Source: Vicugna vicugna
Taxonomy: Eukaryota
Reading direction: 5' to 3'
Length of the DNA stretch: 64,000 nucleotides
Assembly (NCBI GenBank): GCA_013265495.1
Contig: MU058065.1
Span: forward strand, 4,872,976 to 4,936,975
The notes below the pieces were generated by a model, which worked only from the letters and a program-made list of their open reading frames with translations, searched no databases and was not told where the DNA came from. Numbering within the stretch: position 1 is the first letter of the stretch; each line of letters starts with the position of its first letter. A program made the translations under genes and the position numbers. This document shows, one piece after another, positions 61,615 through 64,000 of this stretch.

Positions 61615-61806
61615 CAGTGATGGCCAATAGAAATTTCTGTAATGACGGAAGTTTTCTCTGTGTTGCCCAGTGTAGCAGCCACTAGCCACACTTGGGATAT
61701 GAAACACTTGAAATGTGACTACTGAGTTTGAGAAACTGAATTTTTAATCTTGTTTTATTTTGATTAATTTAAATTTAACAGCCACTGGTGGCTGATGACT
61801 ACACAG
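61615..61806 (+). mobile_element. MER3 hAT-Charlie element
   Basis: CAGTG..GGCCAATAGAAATTTCTGTAATGACGGAA...GCAGCCACTAGCCACA...ACACTTGAAATGTG...TTAATTTAAATTTAACAGCCAC. Confidence 0.85.
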
Positions 61807-61829
61807 GTCTGAAGGAATAAAACACCTTT

Positions 61830-63180
61830 TTCAGCAAAGATTTACTAGGCACCTACTATTCATAGATCAGTTTGTTGGACCACGTAGGAGAAACACAGGC
61901 TGTCGGTGCCCTCAAACGTATATCTGTGAAAGGGACATAGACGTACATGAGGCATTCAAATGACAAGAGGCAGCTACGACTGAACTAAAATGAGTAGAAA
62001 CTAAGGGTATGTGGCAAATACTGTTAGATCACCTTGGACAGCTATAATGAAGGAGGGCTGCCTGGCGATGGCAGGCTGTAATCAGGACTTAAGAGATTAA
62101 TACACTTTGTATGAGTGAACAGCAGGGGAGGACACTGCTGACACCCAGTATAGCTTAAGTAGAGCAGAAGCTGGAGTCACTGAACTCCTGGAGACAGCCC
62201 TGGCACAGAAGACATGCCTGTGAATGCAGTTGGACCTAATATGAGTTCCCATGATCTGTCTACGTCTCCAGCCCATTTCTTTCTACTGTGTGCCCTGCAC
62301 CTTACTCCCAGCAGATTTGAGGCAATTTTAGTTCACCTGCATGTACTAACTGATGCTGCCCCTTCTCAGATTGCCCTCCTCCGTGGCATAACTTCTACGA
62401 ATCTTTAAGACTCAGCTCAGATCTCTCCTGACCCGCCACTCCCACCCGGAGCACGGTGAGTGCCTCGTCTCTTTCCAAAAGACCCCAAGCACTTTCTAGC
62501 ATTGATCTCACTGCATGCTCTTATAATTAAGTCTATCCTCCCTAATTGATCAAGAGCTTCTGGAAACAGGGACCACATTATATTCATTTTTTATCCCCAG
62601 CACTTATGATATTCTGCATGAATAAATGAATGGCTCTGTCATACACATAATGAAGATTCTCCAAAGATTTCTGAACAGGGATGTGGTATCATCTTTGTGA
62701 TACTTTAGGAAGTGTAATTTGTCGATAATATTCAGTCTGGATATTTCTGCCTAAAATGAAGCATTGTTTTTTGGGATTGGTGATGACAAAGGTAACAGGG
62801 ATATTTTGAAATATATTAACATGCCTTTCTACTTCTAATTTTTATATGACCTTCTCTAGCACGACCTTCTCCCTGTTAATCCATATGGCTTGTTTTCTAG
62901 CTTATGTCAGGTCGTGTTCAGATGTCACTTTTAAAGTGAAGCCCAGCACTCCACGCCTAGCACTTGCTAGCATCCTCTCTGGCTTTATTTTCTTTCATAC
63001 CTCATATCATCACCTTATATATTTATTTTACTTATTAATTTGGTTTATTATCTATCACTTCTTCTCCAGAATGACAGCTCCTTGGAAGCAGGAATTCCAT
63101 CCATTTCCTTTATAACAGCATCCGTGGTACCCAGAAGGGTGTCTGATACACAGCCTGGGAGGGGGGTGTATTTGAATTGT
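61830..63180. mobile_element. Cluster of L2 fragments (minus 61830-62210; plus 62270-62630 and 62860-63180)
   Basis: TTCAGCAAAGATTTACTAGGCACCTACTAT; TTTAAGACTCAGCTCAGAT...TATCCCCAGCAC...ATGAATAAATGAATG; AGAATGACAGCTCCTTGGAAGCAGG. Confidence 0.7.
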
Positions 63181-64000
63181 TATAATAGAAAGAGAAAGAA
63201 ATAGCTGATTTTCTGTTCCTGGCATTTCAAATAAGAGTTTGCCATGAGGCAACAGGCTCTGAAGCCAGGATTTGTTGATGAATATTTCTCTAAAGGTTAA
63301 AGCCTTTCTGCAAATCAAGAACCGAACCTGAAGAACTCAGACTTTGAACCGTCCTCCGCAGTGTATCTAAGAGGCCCCCTTCACCCACGACACCCAGGCA
63401 AAGAACCCCAGAAGGGATTCTATTACAGAATATCACTGCACCAAGCTGATGAGAAGTAGGTGAGGAGAGGTGGTGAGATCAAAGGTCATTAATAACCCCA
63501 ACATCAGAGGAATGGCCAGTGTGTAACTTTCTTGAGCCTCTTTTGCTGCTGGTGAGATGAAGGCGAGACCTAGAATCTCCTGCCAGTTCACAAGGGGTGA
63601 GTGCAAAGAATTTGAGATGAGAAACAACAGTCCTCTCTGATAATGAAGGGAGACGAGGCCCCCCGTCAGGACAGGGCCAGGAGTGGAAAAGGAGCATGGC
63701 TGAGACCAAAGAGGACCACAGAGAACAAAGAGAGGCCAAGCTGCAGAGGAGGGCTGCTGAGCCCAACAGGGCAAGAGCAAGCACATCCCAAGTTACGGTG
63801 ACCAGAAATGCTGGGAGGCACCAGCCAGAGCAGGACATCACACTCAGACAGCAGAGGAGCCACAGGATTCTGCCTGGGCTTAGAACCCTATCATTCTACT
63901 ATCTCGAGATCACATAAGCCATTTCTGGGGGGTTGTTGGAGAGCAAATTATGGAAATTAGGAGACTTAACCATTTTTACCTATAGGCTGGGAAACCTAAA

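Noticed and set aside
1..64000. CRISPR arrays, tRNA/rRNA/snRNA genes, operon-like or defence systems
   Set aside because: No regularly spaced direct repeats, no recognisable structural RNA gene (the only tRNA-like sequence is SINE-derived) and no gene-dense coding DNA.

Overview
This window is mammalian non-coding DNA, most likely camelid (camel, alpaca or llama). That call rests on a tRNA-derived SINE at 56982-57163 and L1 3' ends that match camelid repeat families as I recall them; no database search was run. I find no recognisable protein-coding gene, structural RNA gene, CRISPR array or prokaryotic feature. The supplied ORFs are short chance frames or lie in repeats and low-complexity DNA. 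A large part of the window is interspersed repeats: MIR, L2, old L1M/HAL1, MaLR/ERVL solo LTRs, hAT MER3/MER33/MER53/MER63, and TcMar Tigger3a/MER44. The best-supported structure is a nested stack at 17.5-20.2 kb: an L2 interrupted by MER33, which itself holds a Tigger3a and a young 5'-inverted (twin-primed) L1 with a 17-bp TSD and a probable short 3' transduction. Weaker signals are two POU/octamer motif clusters (12.8-13.1 kb, 22.7-22.85 kb), a CpG-rich patch at 5.8-6.0 kb, a palindromic Z-DNA-prone tract, and several minus-strand segments with good splice signals that could be lncRNA or UTR exons. I cannot support a claim of a novel biological system. Repeat subfamily names come from recalled consensus similarity, and boundaries without TSDs are approximate.
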